Shown: positions 14,530 to 27,503, counted from the stretch's first letter. The stretch is 64,000 nucleotides of DNA from Octopus vulgaris (GCA_951406725.2 OX597817.1:66216001-66280000), one strand, 5' to 3'. Numbers and translations are program-made. The notes: generated by a model not told the origin, from the sequence alone.

Positions 14530-14889
14530 TCTTTATATATAAAAGTGAGGTTGTGTGCTGTCTGTCTCCAACGATTTAGATTCCTAACTACTCCCACATT
14601 TTGCGGTACAGTTTAACCAAAACCGGGTATCTTATAGTCGTGATTCATATCGAGCCCTTCTACGATTTAAAAAAAAATTTACCATCAATTTTCCCCATTT
14701 TTAATGCATTTTTGGCATATATAAGGGGAGTAACTCTCTAAAAATGTATTATTAAATCTCAGAACGTAAAAAGCTACAGTAACACCCCCCCCCTTTGTGG
14801 TTAGCCATATTGAGATGGCTATTATACTTTACATCTCTAAAAAATGCTTATATAGTTATTTCCCTTACAAACCCGAGCGATACTGCTAG
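14530..14889 (+). mobile_element. Non-autonomous Helitron-like element
   Basis: 5' TC (tctttatatataaaag), 3' CTAG, inserted between A and T, no TSD; subterminal hairpin looks partly deleted. Confidence 0.7.
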
Positions 14890-15282
14890 TGTTATATAAG
14901 CAAGGAAAAGATTATAAGTGACAAACTGAAATAGGTTCTTCTAGGCACTAATGGAAGGAATATTACAACTTTAAAGCACCAAAATTATAATCTCAAGTTG
15001 ACAGCTAACAAAGGATATATCTGTATCTTATACTATAAGCTGTAAATATATGTTATACAGCCAATGGCAGAAATAGATATGTTTAAGAACATATTTAAAA
15101 TATGTTTTGGTATGTCCCTATGTATAGTGGGTCCAAACCCTAAGGAATTTTAAATGATTTTATATTTCTATCTTCCACAACTGATTAAATATGTACTGGT
15201 CAAATGTCAGGGACAATTAAATTGTTTACCTTCTCCAAATGTTTACAATATCATTCTAATGTTAAAAATTTGTTTAATGATA

Positions 15283-15322
<40 letters not shown>

Positions 15323-15719
15323 AATGGTAGACACACTGGGCTGTTAGATAAGGGCTTTTGTGTATCCAGATATATGCCTCTATATTCTGAGGTTGGTTTT
15401 ACTTTTAAAATCTCCCAAAACAATAAAACACATCCAGCACATAGGATTAATTCAAATACTGGTAACATACCTTACAAATATGACCTTGTGTGTGAATATA
15501 AAAATCTATTTTAAAGACATTACTAAGAATTAGAAACTACACACCTAAAGTTGAATTTGTAATAAACAGTATAGGTTGAGCTGACAATTGTGCAGACGTC
15601 CTTCCTAACATTAAACTTCCCCAACCATAAAATGGAGAAATTGGAGTATTTATTTCAGAAATAAATTGATCAACATAGCTAGGGTGGTGATCTATTATTA
15701 TCATTATTATTATTATTAA

Positions 15720-16050
15720 TAGTGAAAGTGCATGGCTCAGTGGTTTGAGTGTTGAACTTATGACCATGAGGTTCTGAGTACGAATCCTGGACTGGGCTGC
15801 ATGTTGTGGTCTTGAGCAAGACAATATTTCACGTTGCTCCAGTTTACTCAGTGTAGAAATGAGTTGCGATGTCACTGGTGCCAAGCTGTATCAGCCTTTG
15901 CTTTTCCCTTGGATAACACTGGTGGTGTGAGAGGGGAGGCTGGTATGCATGGGTGACTACTGGTCTTCCATAAACAACCTTGCCCAGACTTGTGCCTCGG
16001 AGCACTTTCTAGGTGCAAGCCCATGGTCATTCATGACTGAAGGGGGTCTC
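15720..16050 (+). mobile_element. tRNA-derived SINE (second family)
   Basis: A-box-like tggctcagtgg, B-box-like gtacgaatcc, then cttgagcaagaca and ctccagtttactcag core-like blocks. Confidence 0.7.
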
Positions 16051-16361
16051 CGGCTCCAGATTAATAGTGTAACTAGTGTTATGATAGAATTCAAATAACA
16101 TTTTTGTTAACGACCAACACTAATGAATGTTATAAAAATGTAAACTGAAAGTGAAGGATGATTAAATAAAAACCGTCTTAAATTCCATACTGGTTTCCAA
16201 CACTTAACTGGTTACACCCCAAGTTTCAAAGGGGGTCGTTTCTCTAGAAAATAATGTGTTAAATTGAAAGCTTAACTGTCAGAAAAGTGAGACAGTCAGA
16301 CACAGAATGAAGATGGGGTCACAATAGGTTATAAACATTTTATATAACAATTAGAAGTTAC

Positions 16362-16528
16362 CTGTTCCTTGTGGAATGATTGAACATTAAGAATATGATG
16401 ACCGGTCAAACCTGAGTGAACAGGGGGTGTGAACAAGTATGGAACAGGTTGAGCAACAGCCTGTTCCTTCTTGGCCAGAAGATCGTTACAAGGCAACGCA
16501 CTTCCGGTATACTCTCTAAGGATAGGTT
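16362..16528 (-). CDS. CAD: CAD exon (linker end, ATCase start): EPILREY...SGLTGHHILNVQSFHKEQ
   Basis: ttttaacag / gtaact, 167 nt, phase 1-0; matches the LxGxHILxVxxFxKxQ start of ATCase. Confidence 0.92.
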
Positions 16529-17921
16529 CTGTTAAAAACAAAAGCATAAAAAAATGTATGTACACACTGGAAGGACATACATCATACATACACTTATTCA
16601 TTCATTTGAAGATGAAGCTTCTTTCCATTGCTAGTTTCAGTTTTCCAAGACAAAGCAAAACAAGAAATGGAAAGTTACAAGTTCAAATAAATGAATAGAC
16701 ATTACACAAAACGTCAAAGCATTTTAAAATTAAAACTGCAAAAATCATTTGGTTAGAAAATATAGAAGATATTTGAAAGCCAGCCTTGTAAAATTTGTAT
16801 TAAGAAATTACCTCTGCTTACCAGTTGCTTTGAAGCTTTTACATACAAGATCCTTGGCCTAAAGCAGTTAATATGAGCCTATTAGAAAATGACTAAAATA
16901 TGCTGTCCATGCCACTGTGATTTGACTTTGTCAAAAACTTGGCAAAATAACTTGGTGTGGATGAGTGACTGTAGGAATGCAGTAAATGTTAGCAGTGGAT
17001 TTACAATGGCACCAATCATAGTGAAAGCATTTAAAAATCAAATGAAAATAGGTTAGTAACAATTGCTTTAGCATTAGTAATAAATAAGATTTCTAAAAGT
17101 ACAAAAAAAAAAATAGCAGCACAGTGATTATATGTCAGCAACAGCAAGATGCAGTAATGTCTGGAATACATAAAATAGCAGCAATCTCAAATTTGTTACA
17201 AAATAATACACATATTTATTCAAATTTAATTCCAAGTCGTCCTATTTACATATTCTATAAACCCAAAGGTTTATAAAATCACTCAAGTCTAATCTTCTAA
17301 CAGGGACTTCTACATGGTTGCTAATAAACTAGATATGCCAACCAAATCACCCTCAAATTACACCCCATTGTCTTAAAATAAGCAAAAAATACACTGAATA
17401 ACTATCCCAAGTATGCTATCTAAAGAAAAAAAAAAAAAAAAGATAGTCCCAAATAAAACATCTTTGATCATATAGAACTGTTTGACCAGTGATGACCTGG
17501 AGTTTAAGAACTCCAATCTAGTTTGGCTTAGAGAATTAAAAGATATCTAAACAGCTATTACTTCACCCCTTCCCAACTAAGCTTATCTACATAAATGTGG
17601 GAGAAGCCAAGAGGTAAGAGTGAAAATGGAAATGGACAGAGAAGCTAACTCCATATACAAATGAATACATTCCAAACAGTGATACACATCTCTTACATGA
17701 GCCAAAAAGAAGCCTTTATGCATTCACTAGATCTGCTAGAAAAAGCTGCCAAGTATCCCCTTAAGCTACACCCTACCATCTTGAAGAACCAGACTTAGGT
17801 ATACTGTCTGGAAAAAGAAGGGAGGGTCATGGCTGAAGCATATTTCAAATATCAGGCTGAGCTGGGGTTAAGCTATGTTATGTTTAGTATTGAGTTTTAA
17901 TTCTTTAACAAAAAATAAAGG

Positions 17922-18127
17922 ATAAAGATCCTTCTCAAGTCAAAGACTCACAAGGTTAGCTTCCTATATTCCCTACCTGGACGGCACGCCAGTCAGTCAC
18001 AAGATTACTCTTGCTAGCTGAGTGCACTGGAGCATCGCAAAATAAAGTGTTTTGCTCAAGAACACAGTGCATTGCAATCTTATGAGCATGCATCCAATAC
18101 CCTAACCTCTAGGCCATGCACCTCCAC
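17922..18127 (-). mobile_element. Degenerate SINE related to 15720-16050, opposite orientation
   Basis: Reverse complement has gtggaggtgcatggcctagagg head, ttgagcaaaacac and gctccagtgcactcagc. Confidence 0.55.
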
Positions 18128-18759
18128 TTTAGTCCTTTATCCAAGTTTAATACCTGCCTCTCTAATGATTTCCTCCTCAGGCTTAACAGTGGAGTAGAAA
18201 AGAACCATGTTACACAAACACTTTACTAAGTATGTTTTCTCCCTTATAGAGTGTGTAAAAGAAGGAAGCTCCAACCAAGTGGTTTCACTGGCATACAAGA
18301 CATGTAGAAATATAAAGATAAGCTATTACAATATTTCCCTGTCGCCCAAATCTCCCAAACCAAACTAGATGGGACTGGTGGATGGAATATTAAATAATTA
18401 GTATGAAATAAAAAAAAAATTCATTAGTTAACATAAATTCAAATAAAAAAGGAAATTTATAATTTTGTGAAATCCAGAAAAACTAAAACAGAATGTTTAT
18501 TTTTAAATATATTTAAGACATGAAAATGATAAAAACACAAAAATTAAAAGGGGAGAGAGGGAAAAGGTAAATGGAATTCGGGAACAGGAATTAAAACAAA
18601 AGGAAACCCTACTCCCCATCCCCTCAAAAAATAAGTTATATTCCAAAGAATATAAGATTTTTAAAGGTAGCATTAAGCTGGGAATTCATAATGGAGAAAA
18701 TTAGATAGTGTGATGCCATGGCTTAATAAACATTACAAGCTAAAATGGAAGTGACTCAC

Positions 18760-18783
18760 CTTTTGACTTTGAACCACCCATAA
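18760..18783 (-). CDS. CAD: Candidate 24-nt (30 nt if starting at 18789) CAD linker microexon (V)MGGSKSK
   Basis: Consensus donor AAG|gtgagt; two in-frame acceptors 6 nt apart, preceded by UGC motifs; phase 1-1; pyrimidine tract only moderate. Confidence 0.4.
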
Positions 18784-19820
18784 CTATTTCTTTCATAAGC
18801 ACAAAGCATCAGATTTATGGCAAAGAATGTGGGATGAAGTAACTGGCATGCCTTTCTGGAGAGCAATCTAGATCCTATAAAAGGGTCCTCACGATAGAAC
18901 AGGAAATATTTACTTACACTAGCTTCTGGTGCAAAACTATTTTTTGCAGACATAGAGTGAGGGACACCTTTAAAATACACAATATTAAACTTAGCATGCC
19001 AGGATGGGTGGAGCAAAACCATAATGTAACGGAAAGCACACGATTTGGAGAAGGAAAGATATATAAAGCAAAAGTGATAAACAGTCATTTCAGGACCTAA
19101 TTTTGGTGCTTTTGAGGCATCTACCTCAATCATTAGGCTAAACATACCTAGATTTGATCTTCCAAAGAGTATGAACACAATACATTGTTAATACATTTGG
19201 AAATGTGTTCAATTTTGCACAAACTAAATGCTCAACAGATAAACTGACAGAGTTGGAGAAGATTGTTCTAATTTACACTAAGTTAGCAGTCAATACAACT
19301 GACAGTTATAATAGTAATGTCAAAGCCACAACAGATAAAGAAGAGGAGAATGAGAAGAACCGACTAGAACAGCAAAATTGTTGAATCAGTTTCTATAGTA
19401 ATTCAATAAATTGGTAAGCAAAAATGCCAAATTTCAGGCAAAAACCCCTAAATAAAGGTTGAAAGTTGAATTGTAGAGGCATGTGCCTTTTATATGTTGG
19501 GAATTTTGTTGGAAAACCTGAAACTTAGATTATTGGTTAATAACTTTTTTTAAAGCCTTGATCAAAGCCATTCCAGTCATAACAACCTACTCATTAGAGA
19601 CAGTGTATCTAAGACAACATGACCCAATGTTTTTTTACCTTTTCAAGATAGCAAGATCTACTATAAAGGTTTGCCTGCTATTTCTAAGTTTGAATAACTG
19701 TATGTAACTCCATTATTGGTGGTTGATTTGGAACTTATGCTTATCACTTGTACAATCACAAACCATAGCCCAACAATTCATGATACAGTGAAATATTCAC
19801 AAGCTGCGTTAATATGTATG

Positions 19821-19859
<39 letters not shown>

Positions 19860-19860
<1 letters not shown>

Positions 19861-20910
19861 GAGGATGTGTAAAGTATTTGAGGATACACTTTTTATTTGA
19901 TTATTGCTGTATTTTTTGCTACCTCTATATAATCTTTTTTTTTTTTTTTTTTTTCAGAAAATAATAATGGCAGACCTTCAGCTTATTCAAGAAATGAAGA
20001 AGCATGTTATCATGGCTATAAAGGCTGAGCCTTTAGGAATATCTCGATTTTTGGAAGTTGCCAGATTTTTCATCTACAAAGTTTGTAAGGAGTTAGAGAC
20101 CAAAGGTGGAAATGTATCACCAGTATCAATGCATAAAAATCATCAGAACACTTGAATTTATCCAGCAAATTCAACAGACCATTGATCACAATCCCAGAAA
20201 ATCTATGAGGTCAATTGCAAAAGATATCCAGGTGTCAGAAGGAACAACCAGTAACGTTGTCCACGAAGAGATCAAATATAAATCTTATGTGATGAGGAAC
20301 GATCAATTTATGTCAGAAAAAGCAAAATAAAAAATTGCTACATCAGAGCCGTTTGGCTCTTCAGGAAACTGAAAAAACCAGCAGAAGATTTGATTTGGTT
20401 TTTCTCAGACAAGAAAAACTCATACCAAGATCAAAAAGCTAACAGAAGAAATGAAAGATGGTTATGTGCAGACCCTTCTAAAGTTCCACGAGTTATGCAT
20501 ACAAAATTTCCTGCAACTGTCATGGTTTTAGGAGCTGCCAGCAATGAAGGACATGTGATGCTGCCTTACTTCTTTCCAACATTGCTGCATACATTAAGGT
20601 CCTGGAAACAGATGTTAAATCCTGGATATACAATGGAAAGCCTTGTGTGTTTCAGCAAAACTCTGCACCATCACACAAGGCTTAAGTGATGCAGGAATGG
20701 GTGGCTGAAAATTTTCCTAACATAACCTCTAACATTTGGCCTCCTAATTCTCCAAATCTCAATCCATTGGACTATTATTATGTTGTTGAGAGAAAGGTCA
20801 ATAAACACCACAGTCAGAGTAATGTCCAAAATGAACCAGGACCACTTGATTTGAGCATGTAAATGATTTAGATCTCATATAGAAGCAGTTGTTATAAGCA
20901 TAAATACATA
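19860..20910 (+). mobile_element. Decayed maT (DD37D-like) Tc1/mariner transposon
   Basis: Frameshifted remnants IDHNPRKSMRSIAK, WFFSDKK..Q..NRRNERW, TKFPATVMVLG..SNEG, WPPNSPNLNPLDYY; ends approximate. Confidence 0.85.
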
Positions 20911-21655
20911 TTCTTATATCAATTCTAATGCATGCCTTCCCCCCCCCATACGCACACACCAGTTTTCCTCTCACCACCCAGTTACACTGCCTATAACACC
21001 AACCACATGTCTGAGTGAATGAAATTAGAAAGTGTATGAAGGGAGAAAGACAGGTTTTCTTGCCTAACAAATAAGATGATGCCAAATCTAAATCAGTTGA
21101 CCTTCGTGTTCCACAAGTCTGCCAACATGCTGGAAACAGCAGCCAAATCTTCTTCACATCACAACAGCCTATCTTAAAGCATATACTGAATACAGCTCTT
21201 GATACACACAAAAAGATGGAACAGCTGATCTGAGGCTAAAAACACAACTGCCAATGGAGAAGAAGTGGGGGGAAAAAAGCATCTACTTAGTCAACCGGCC
21301 AGCTAGAAATAGCAACCAAAATCCCTCGAGTAACATCCTGCTGTTTTAAATCAAGAACTCATTGAATAATGTAATTGGCATAAACTGGGACTGGATCACT
21401 TGGAAGCTAAGTGTTTTCCCCAAAAAAGATATAACAATGCTAATGATAAGATTATATACTGCTAATGTCTTGGTTGCTGGTTGCCCAACCACTTACTGAT
21501 TCAGCCATGTTTGCTTTCAAGCTGCATAATATAGTAGTAACATCGCCCCCTATGTAGTTTTCTCCCTGACATCTGATTTGTCATTTCTTGATTGAAAAGC
21601 AGGTTGAGTGATCACACATTGGCTTTTCTTCATTGGCTCTAACTTGGTTGTTATC

Positions 21656-21741
21656 GTTTAGTCTCAGATCAACTGTTAACCAGTTGTTCCAGTTAACCAC
21701 TTGTTTAGTCTCAGATCAACTGTTAACCACTTGTTCCAGTT
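21656..21741. repeat. Local duplication of gtttagtctcagatcaactgttaacca(g/c)ttgttccagtt
   Basis: Two near-identical ~38-bp copies about 47 bp apart. Confidence 0.85.
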
Positions 21742-23342
21742 GTGCCATCTAATCTTTTTGTAAAAGAACTACATTATCCAATATATTATTGAAGGTTGTA
21801 AGAGGTGATAAGGAAGATTTGACTTCTATTTTCAGCAGGTTTAGTGATTATGTAGAAGCTCCTTTATGGAACAGAAAGACCAGTTGATATATATTGATGT
21901 TATATTACTTGTTAAGCAACCTCTCTTACACTTTCCATTTCATTCTTTCAGAGAGATGGTTGGTGTAAGAGGCTGTGTGAGTTATGTATCATTTAGGGAG
22001 GGTGAGGTAGGTGCTGAAAAGGGCTGACAACCATTCAGTTAGATATACAGATGTACCTACATTAGCATCGATGAGAAAATAACACACACACATATAGAAA
22101 CTGACAACAGAAGATGAAATTTTAATTTTCGAAGTCACAACATTGATGGAAAATAAAAATATTATAAATGGGGGAAAAAACAGTTACAAAATGAAAAGGT
22201 TTAACTGTATGGCTAATAGTTGCATTGCAACTATAAGGTTCTGGGTTCCATTCCAGTGTGTGGCACTATGGGCTAACATCTTTCATAACCTTATAAGTGA
22301 AATTTGCTGGAGAGAAATTTTGTGGAAGCCTGTTTTATATATAAAAATATGTGTGTGTATGTGTCTGTGTACGCACGCATGCACGCTAGTATGGGATGAT
22401 TGACATTTACACCCTGTACTTTGTATAGGGCTAAACAACATCACATAAAGGATTTAGAAATGTACAAGCTAGATTCATCAACAGAACCAATAATTGATGT
22501 AGGGGTGGTCACTAAGCTAGCAATATCATACATCAATACAGAAAATTCATCAATGGGTTTGAGGATACAGACCAAGCTGGATTCAACAATCAATTAATGA
22601 TTTTAAAGACACACACTGAAGTGGGTTAATCAGTACACATCCCACAAGGAGAGAGAAGAGACAGATAAAATTAGAATATATCTATGAGATGTAAAATGTT
22701 GAAATGCTTAAAAGAGCATGCAAATTGGCCATAACTGGGCCTTTCTCTCTTCCAGGTTGTTGGCTATACAACATTGTCAAGAGGACATGAGATCTGCTCT
22801 GTGAAGTAGGCTTATGAGGAGTCCACTACTCCACTGTAGACATTCAGTACTATATCCAATGACAACCAGTCTTCTGAATCCACAAACACAGATCAAGTGA
22901 TGGCACAAACAATAGAACATTAACAGAATCATAGTAACTTCAATAAGGGATTGTTTTTATTTTGGAAGATAAAGTGTGAATGTGTGTGCTTATTATAGAA
23001 AACAAGTGTGATTAAATGTGTATGTATGTTTATGTGTGGACCCGTGAAAATGCATGTGTACCTGCAAATAAACCATGTAGAAACAAATCATGCATGTATA
23101 CACTTACCCTGCAAACATAAACATATATGGAGATTTGCAGGAAATTGCATTTAAGTGCAACATGCTAGTATTTCTGTGTTAGTGCATGTGAGTATGTGTA
23201 TATGTACATGTCATATGTAATTAGAGTGTGCATGTGTGTGTGTAATGTACATATCAATGGTATGAAAGACATTAAGGCAAGCAGGCAAGGAAACCAACTG
23301 ACACATGATGATGAGGATCATCTACCATCATCATCGCTGTAC

Positions 23343-23360
23343 CTTGAAAACATTTTCCAG
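23343..23360 (-). CDS. CAD: Candidate 18-nt CAD linker microexon (A)GKCFQ
   Basis: ctctctcttctctctttgcccttcag|CTGGAAAATGTTTTCAAG|gtacag; phase 1-1; UGC near the AG; long pyrimidine tract. Confidence 0.55.
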
Positions 23361-23560
23361 CTGAAGGGCAAAGAGAGAAGAGAGAGTGGGGAAAATAAAG
23401 AGAAAATGAGAGATGAAAGATAGAAGAAAAGGAAGTGAAATAGTGTTTAAGTAGAAACGGTAAGAAGCAGGAAGGCAGATGAACAGAGAAAGGGGATGTT
23501 AACAGGAAGACAATGGGTGGAAGTAGGAGTTATAAAGAAAAAAAAAAAAGGAGTATATAC

Positions 23561-23596
23561 CTGTGCCAAGCTCCTTGGAAGTAGGTTCTAAGTGAT
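23561..23596 (-). CDS. CAD: Candidate 36-nt CAD linker exon (D)HLEPTSKELGT
   Basis: taacctttccctccag|ATCAC...GGCACAG|gtatat; phase 1-1, no stop, strong acceptor. Confidence 0.65.
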
Positions 23597-26500
23597 CTGG
23601 AGGGAAAGGTTACAACAAGAAGTGGAGAACAATTATAAAAAAAGCAAACAGAAAATGTTATAAATTAGGAAATAAAGTTGGGGAACAGAAAATCTCAAGC
23701 AATTCCAACACCATGTATGAGTGTGTGTATAATGAATATGAGTGCATATACATATATGTGCATGTAGTAGAGAGTATCTAAGTGTAACAAATCATGAAAG
23801 ACACCCCTACCCAGCAAAGGGTAGGTGTATGACTATATAAACTGGTTTTAAGCAATCTAATTATCAATGCAGCCAATGGCAAGATTGGCAGGATTAAATA
23901 TTTAGAGCTTCAGACAAAATGCTTTCTGATATTTAGTTATATCCCATACATTCTTAGTTTAAATCCTGAGGTTACTACCGACTTTACTTTTCAGCTTATC
24001 CAAGGGTTAATAAAAAAAAGGTACCCATCAAACATTAAGATCAATCTATCATATCCACATCCCATTCTCCATCAAACATTTGGGGCCTGGTGCATATGTT
24101 AAAAACAATACTATCAACATCAATTCAGTCCAAATTAGAATACAGCGGATAAATCAATTACTGGTATCAATTACAGGTATCTACATTCAGAGTTCAAAGA
24201 GTATTGGAGTTGACCATCGACAAAATACTGAACATGTACGGGAGCTGATAAGCTTAATTACATCTTTTTCCAGAATTCATAACCTTGAGTTAAATTTAGA
24301 AATCATCCTCATCAAAAACTAGTTCTTTGAATTTAACTGTAGCTGTTTTAGTCTGACTCCTTACTCACTTCCCCGTTTCCAAATTTCATTAAGTACAACT
24401 TTATTTTCCTTAACCCAAATGTAGACTTGTGTTGGAGGTCAGTAAGTGGCAGGAGTAAATAACACTCAGCTCAACTGATTAATAGCTTTAAAAGTGTCAT
24501 TGAAAACTGTCTTTGGATTCACATTATTTCCCTTCGGTGGTTGTTAGATCTCGTTATACTAAAAACAGATGCCCTGCCTCTTCTACAGCATGATGGGAGA
24601 AATCAGAACAGTCTCACTTTGCCCACCTATCTAAAAAATAACTAACTAGAATTGATAATATACTAATAATAACGAACAATATTTATAATATACTAATAAT
24701 AATGGACAATAAATTTTTGAAACTAGTTATGCAAATAAATTTTTTTAAAGTAGTCTTTTAACCTGCTTTCAACCACCCACTTCAAGCTGCATCACACTAG
24801 CAGAGTAAATATTTTATTTACTGAGTGTATTTAAATAATAATTTCTAACACAGACACAAGGTCAGGAATTTGGAGAGAAGAAAGAACAATTAACTATACT
24901 GAAGCTAGTAATCAGAGTTTATTTTATCAACCCTGGAAAGAAAAATAGCAAAGTTGACCCCAGTCGAATTTGAACATAAAAAGTAATAATTAAATATAAG
25001 GCATTGTGTTAGATGCTGTAATAATTTTCCAATTTAATGCACTTAATAATAGTGATATATATATATATATTATTTAAAAGAACCTAATATGAATGTGTGT
25101 ATTATGAATACATATGTAGACATAATCTGTATGTATATTTACATGCACACACACTCACACAAAACAGAAATTGAAAGGGATTAAAAAAGAAAAGAAACAA
25201 AAACATCAACAAGAATACCAACCATTCAAAGAGATTAATGAAACCTCTAGTGCACATGCACATAAAAACACTGTTTAAATTACTTTCAACTGAGCCCTAG
25301 GAATAATTTTTATTGACAAAACATGCTGTGTGAGGATAGCTCCATCTGATAAGCTGCTTTATTCTTACACTGCAATGTTTAAAGTCTCATAAAACGTCAT
25401 GTGTACTTTCTTTGATTAAGTCATGTAAAAACACACACACAGTGGCTGACTCAGTTCCACATAAAAGTTTTGTGGGTGAAAGACATTACCACACCATCAA
25501 ATACATAGAATGAGAAAATTTAAAGAAATTTAAAAATAGGTATCAAATAGGGACATATAGATCTACATTAGTTAGTTTAGGATAGATGGGTTCTTTAGCT
25601 AGCTAGTGACAACAGTTTTATTACATGCTCCAAAAGGCCAATCAGTTGGCGTTCTCTAGGGTGTGATATTTCGGGGACAACAAAATATGATGCATGAGGA
25701 AATAACTAGTTAGGTGTTGTCAAAATGCATGACAAACTAGGTGACAACCCACAGTTATGATACACTAAATAGGCAATAACTTCCCTAGAGGTGGCAGGGA
25801 ACATAGACCTTCCAATTCTATGTAGGATGGAATTTCCAAGTTATCAGCAGTTAATGGCTTGAAGACACAAGCTCAAAGTCTTTTGCAGTGAGACGGAACC
25901 TAGATCCACATAATTGTAAAACAAACAACTTGTTAACATTCCATATATTCATTATTGTGTGTAGTGAGTAGAGAAACAATTGTAATAACAAGGTTTCATT
26001 TACCCCAGCTCCACAAATCTTAATTATTTAGTGCCGATTCATTAAGCAAGGGAATAGTTATATTGGTTCAATCAAATTTAAAAGGCAGAGCACTTTTGTG
26101 GTGGTATTTAAAAATACCTTAAACTTTTAATAAGGAATTTTATAACTTATAAAGCAACTAGCAAAAAATAAGTTTAAAATAAATGGTTTATTTTTTTATC
26201 TCTTTGAAAGATTCATAATTCATAGTTACAAACTGAATTAATACTCTATGGATTAAACAAGCATAAAATAAATGAAAATAAAACACACACTGTGAACAGT
26301 TTACGTAAGATTTAGAAATAGTAAAGAGTGTATCAAAGTGTATGAAAGTGTTTAGCAGTAGAATGAGAATGAGTATAGAAGTTATAGAACAATTTTAAAG
26401 AATGGAGGGAAGCACTCAAAAGCCCATGAAAGGTGATGGCAACTGAGTAATTGCTAGTGTTTTTATAATGTTTAGTGAGAATAAACAGAAGGAAATGAAG

Positions 26501-27305
26501 TTCCACAACTGATTGTGAGTGAGCATATGTGAAAAAGTGATGAAATGTAGGAAGTCAGGTACTAGAACTCTTGGACTTAAATGTTTCCTTCAAAACGTAT
26601 CTTAAGTAATTTAAAGTGGAAAGAAAACAGATGTGGCAAGTTTGAAAAGACCATGTACATTATTGCAATAGCAAAAACAGTAGAATGAAAGTACAGCACA
26701 GGTTTTAAAGTGGAAAGGTTTGGGAAGTAAATGAATAGCTCTTTGAATACAGTCATGGATTATAAGAACAATACTTTATTAGCAATTGTATTAAGGGCAT
26801 CAGTAACTAGTCAGTGTTAAAGTTCTTAATCTCAAAGACAGAAAAGTATTTTGGATGGCAAAGTTTTAGGTATGCAAACGTTTCAGAAGAGGTTACAGAA
26901 ATATATTTCTTCTGGTTTGATATCATCATTGCATTTTGATATTGTTAAACACAGATTCCATTAAATAGATGTAGAAGACTGTAGAGGGATTGTTGATATT
27001 AGGAGCGAATAGATAGATAATGAGGTTAGAACTATAAAGAAGAGTGCTGCATCAACATGGTTAGTAGTGAGAGAAAAGTCAAAGACAAAAAGATTCAGGT
27101 AGATCATCCAAAAGATTTCAAGAAGTTTGCTGCAGTTTATGGGTTAGGTGTTTGAGAGAAAACAGTTAACATAGTATGTATAAATAAGTTGCAAGTCCTA
27201 GTATACCCATAAGATGGGACTTTGTAGCCAAGGGATTTTGAATCCTACTTTGTTGAGTTTGCTAAAAAGCAACAGCTTTGGTTTCATCATTGTAGTTTAG
27301 AGTTG

Positions 27306-27354
<49 letters not shown>

Positions 27355-27503
27355 CGTACATGCCAGCATGGAACATGGACGTTTAATGAAAACGATATTA
27401 TATAATACACATATATATATTCACAAACATATATAAGATACAAGGAAAGCATCAGTAAACATTAATGCAATCAAATAACATATAAGCACACACTAATATT
27501 AAA

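Noticed and set aside
18154-18225. Open frame ending ...VKPEEEIIREA with donor CAG|gtatta
   Set aside because: The only phase-compatible acceptor lacks a pyrimidine tract.
26270-27280. Purine-skewed stretch that might be a decayed Penelope or LINE reverse transcriptase
   Set aside because: Motifs too degraded to call.
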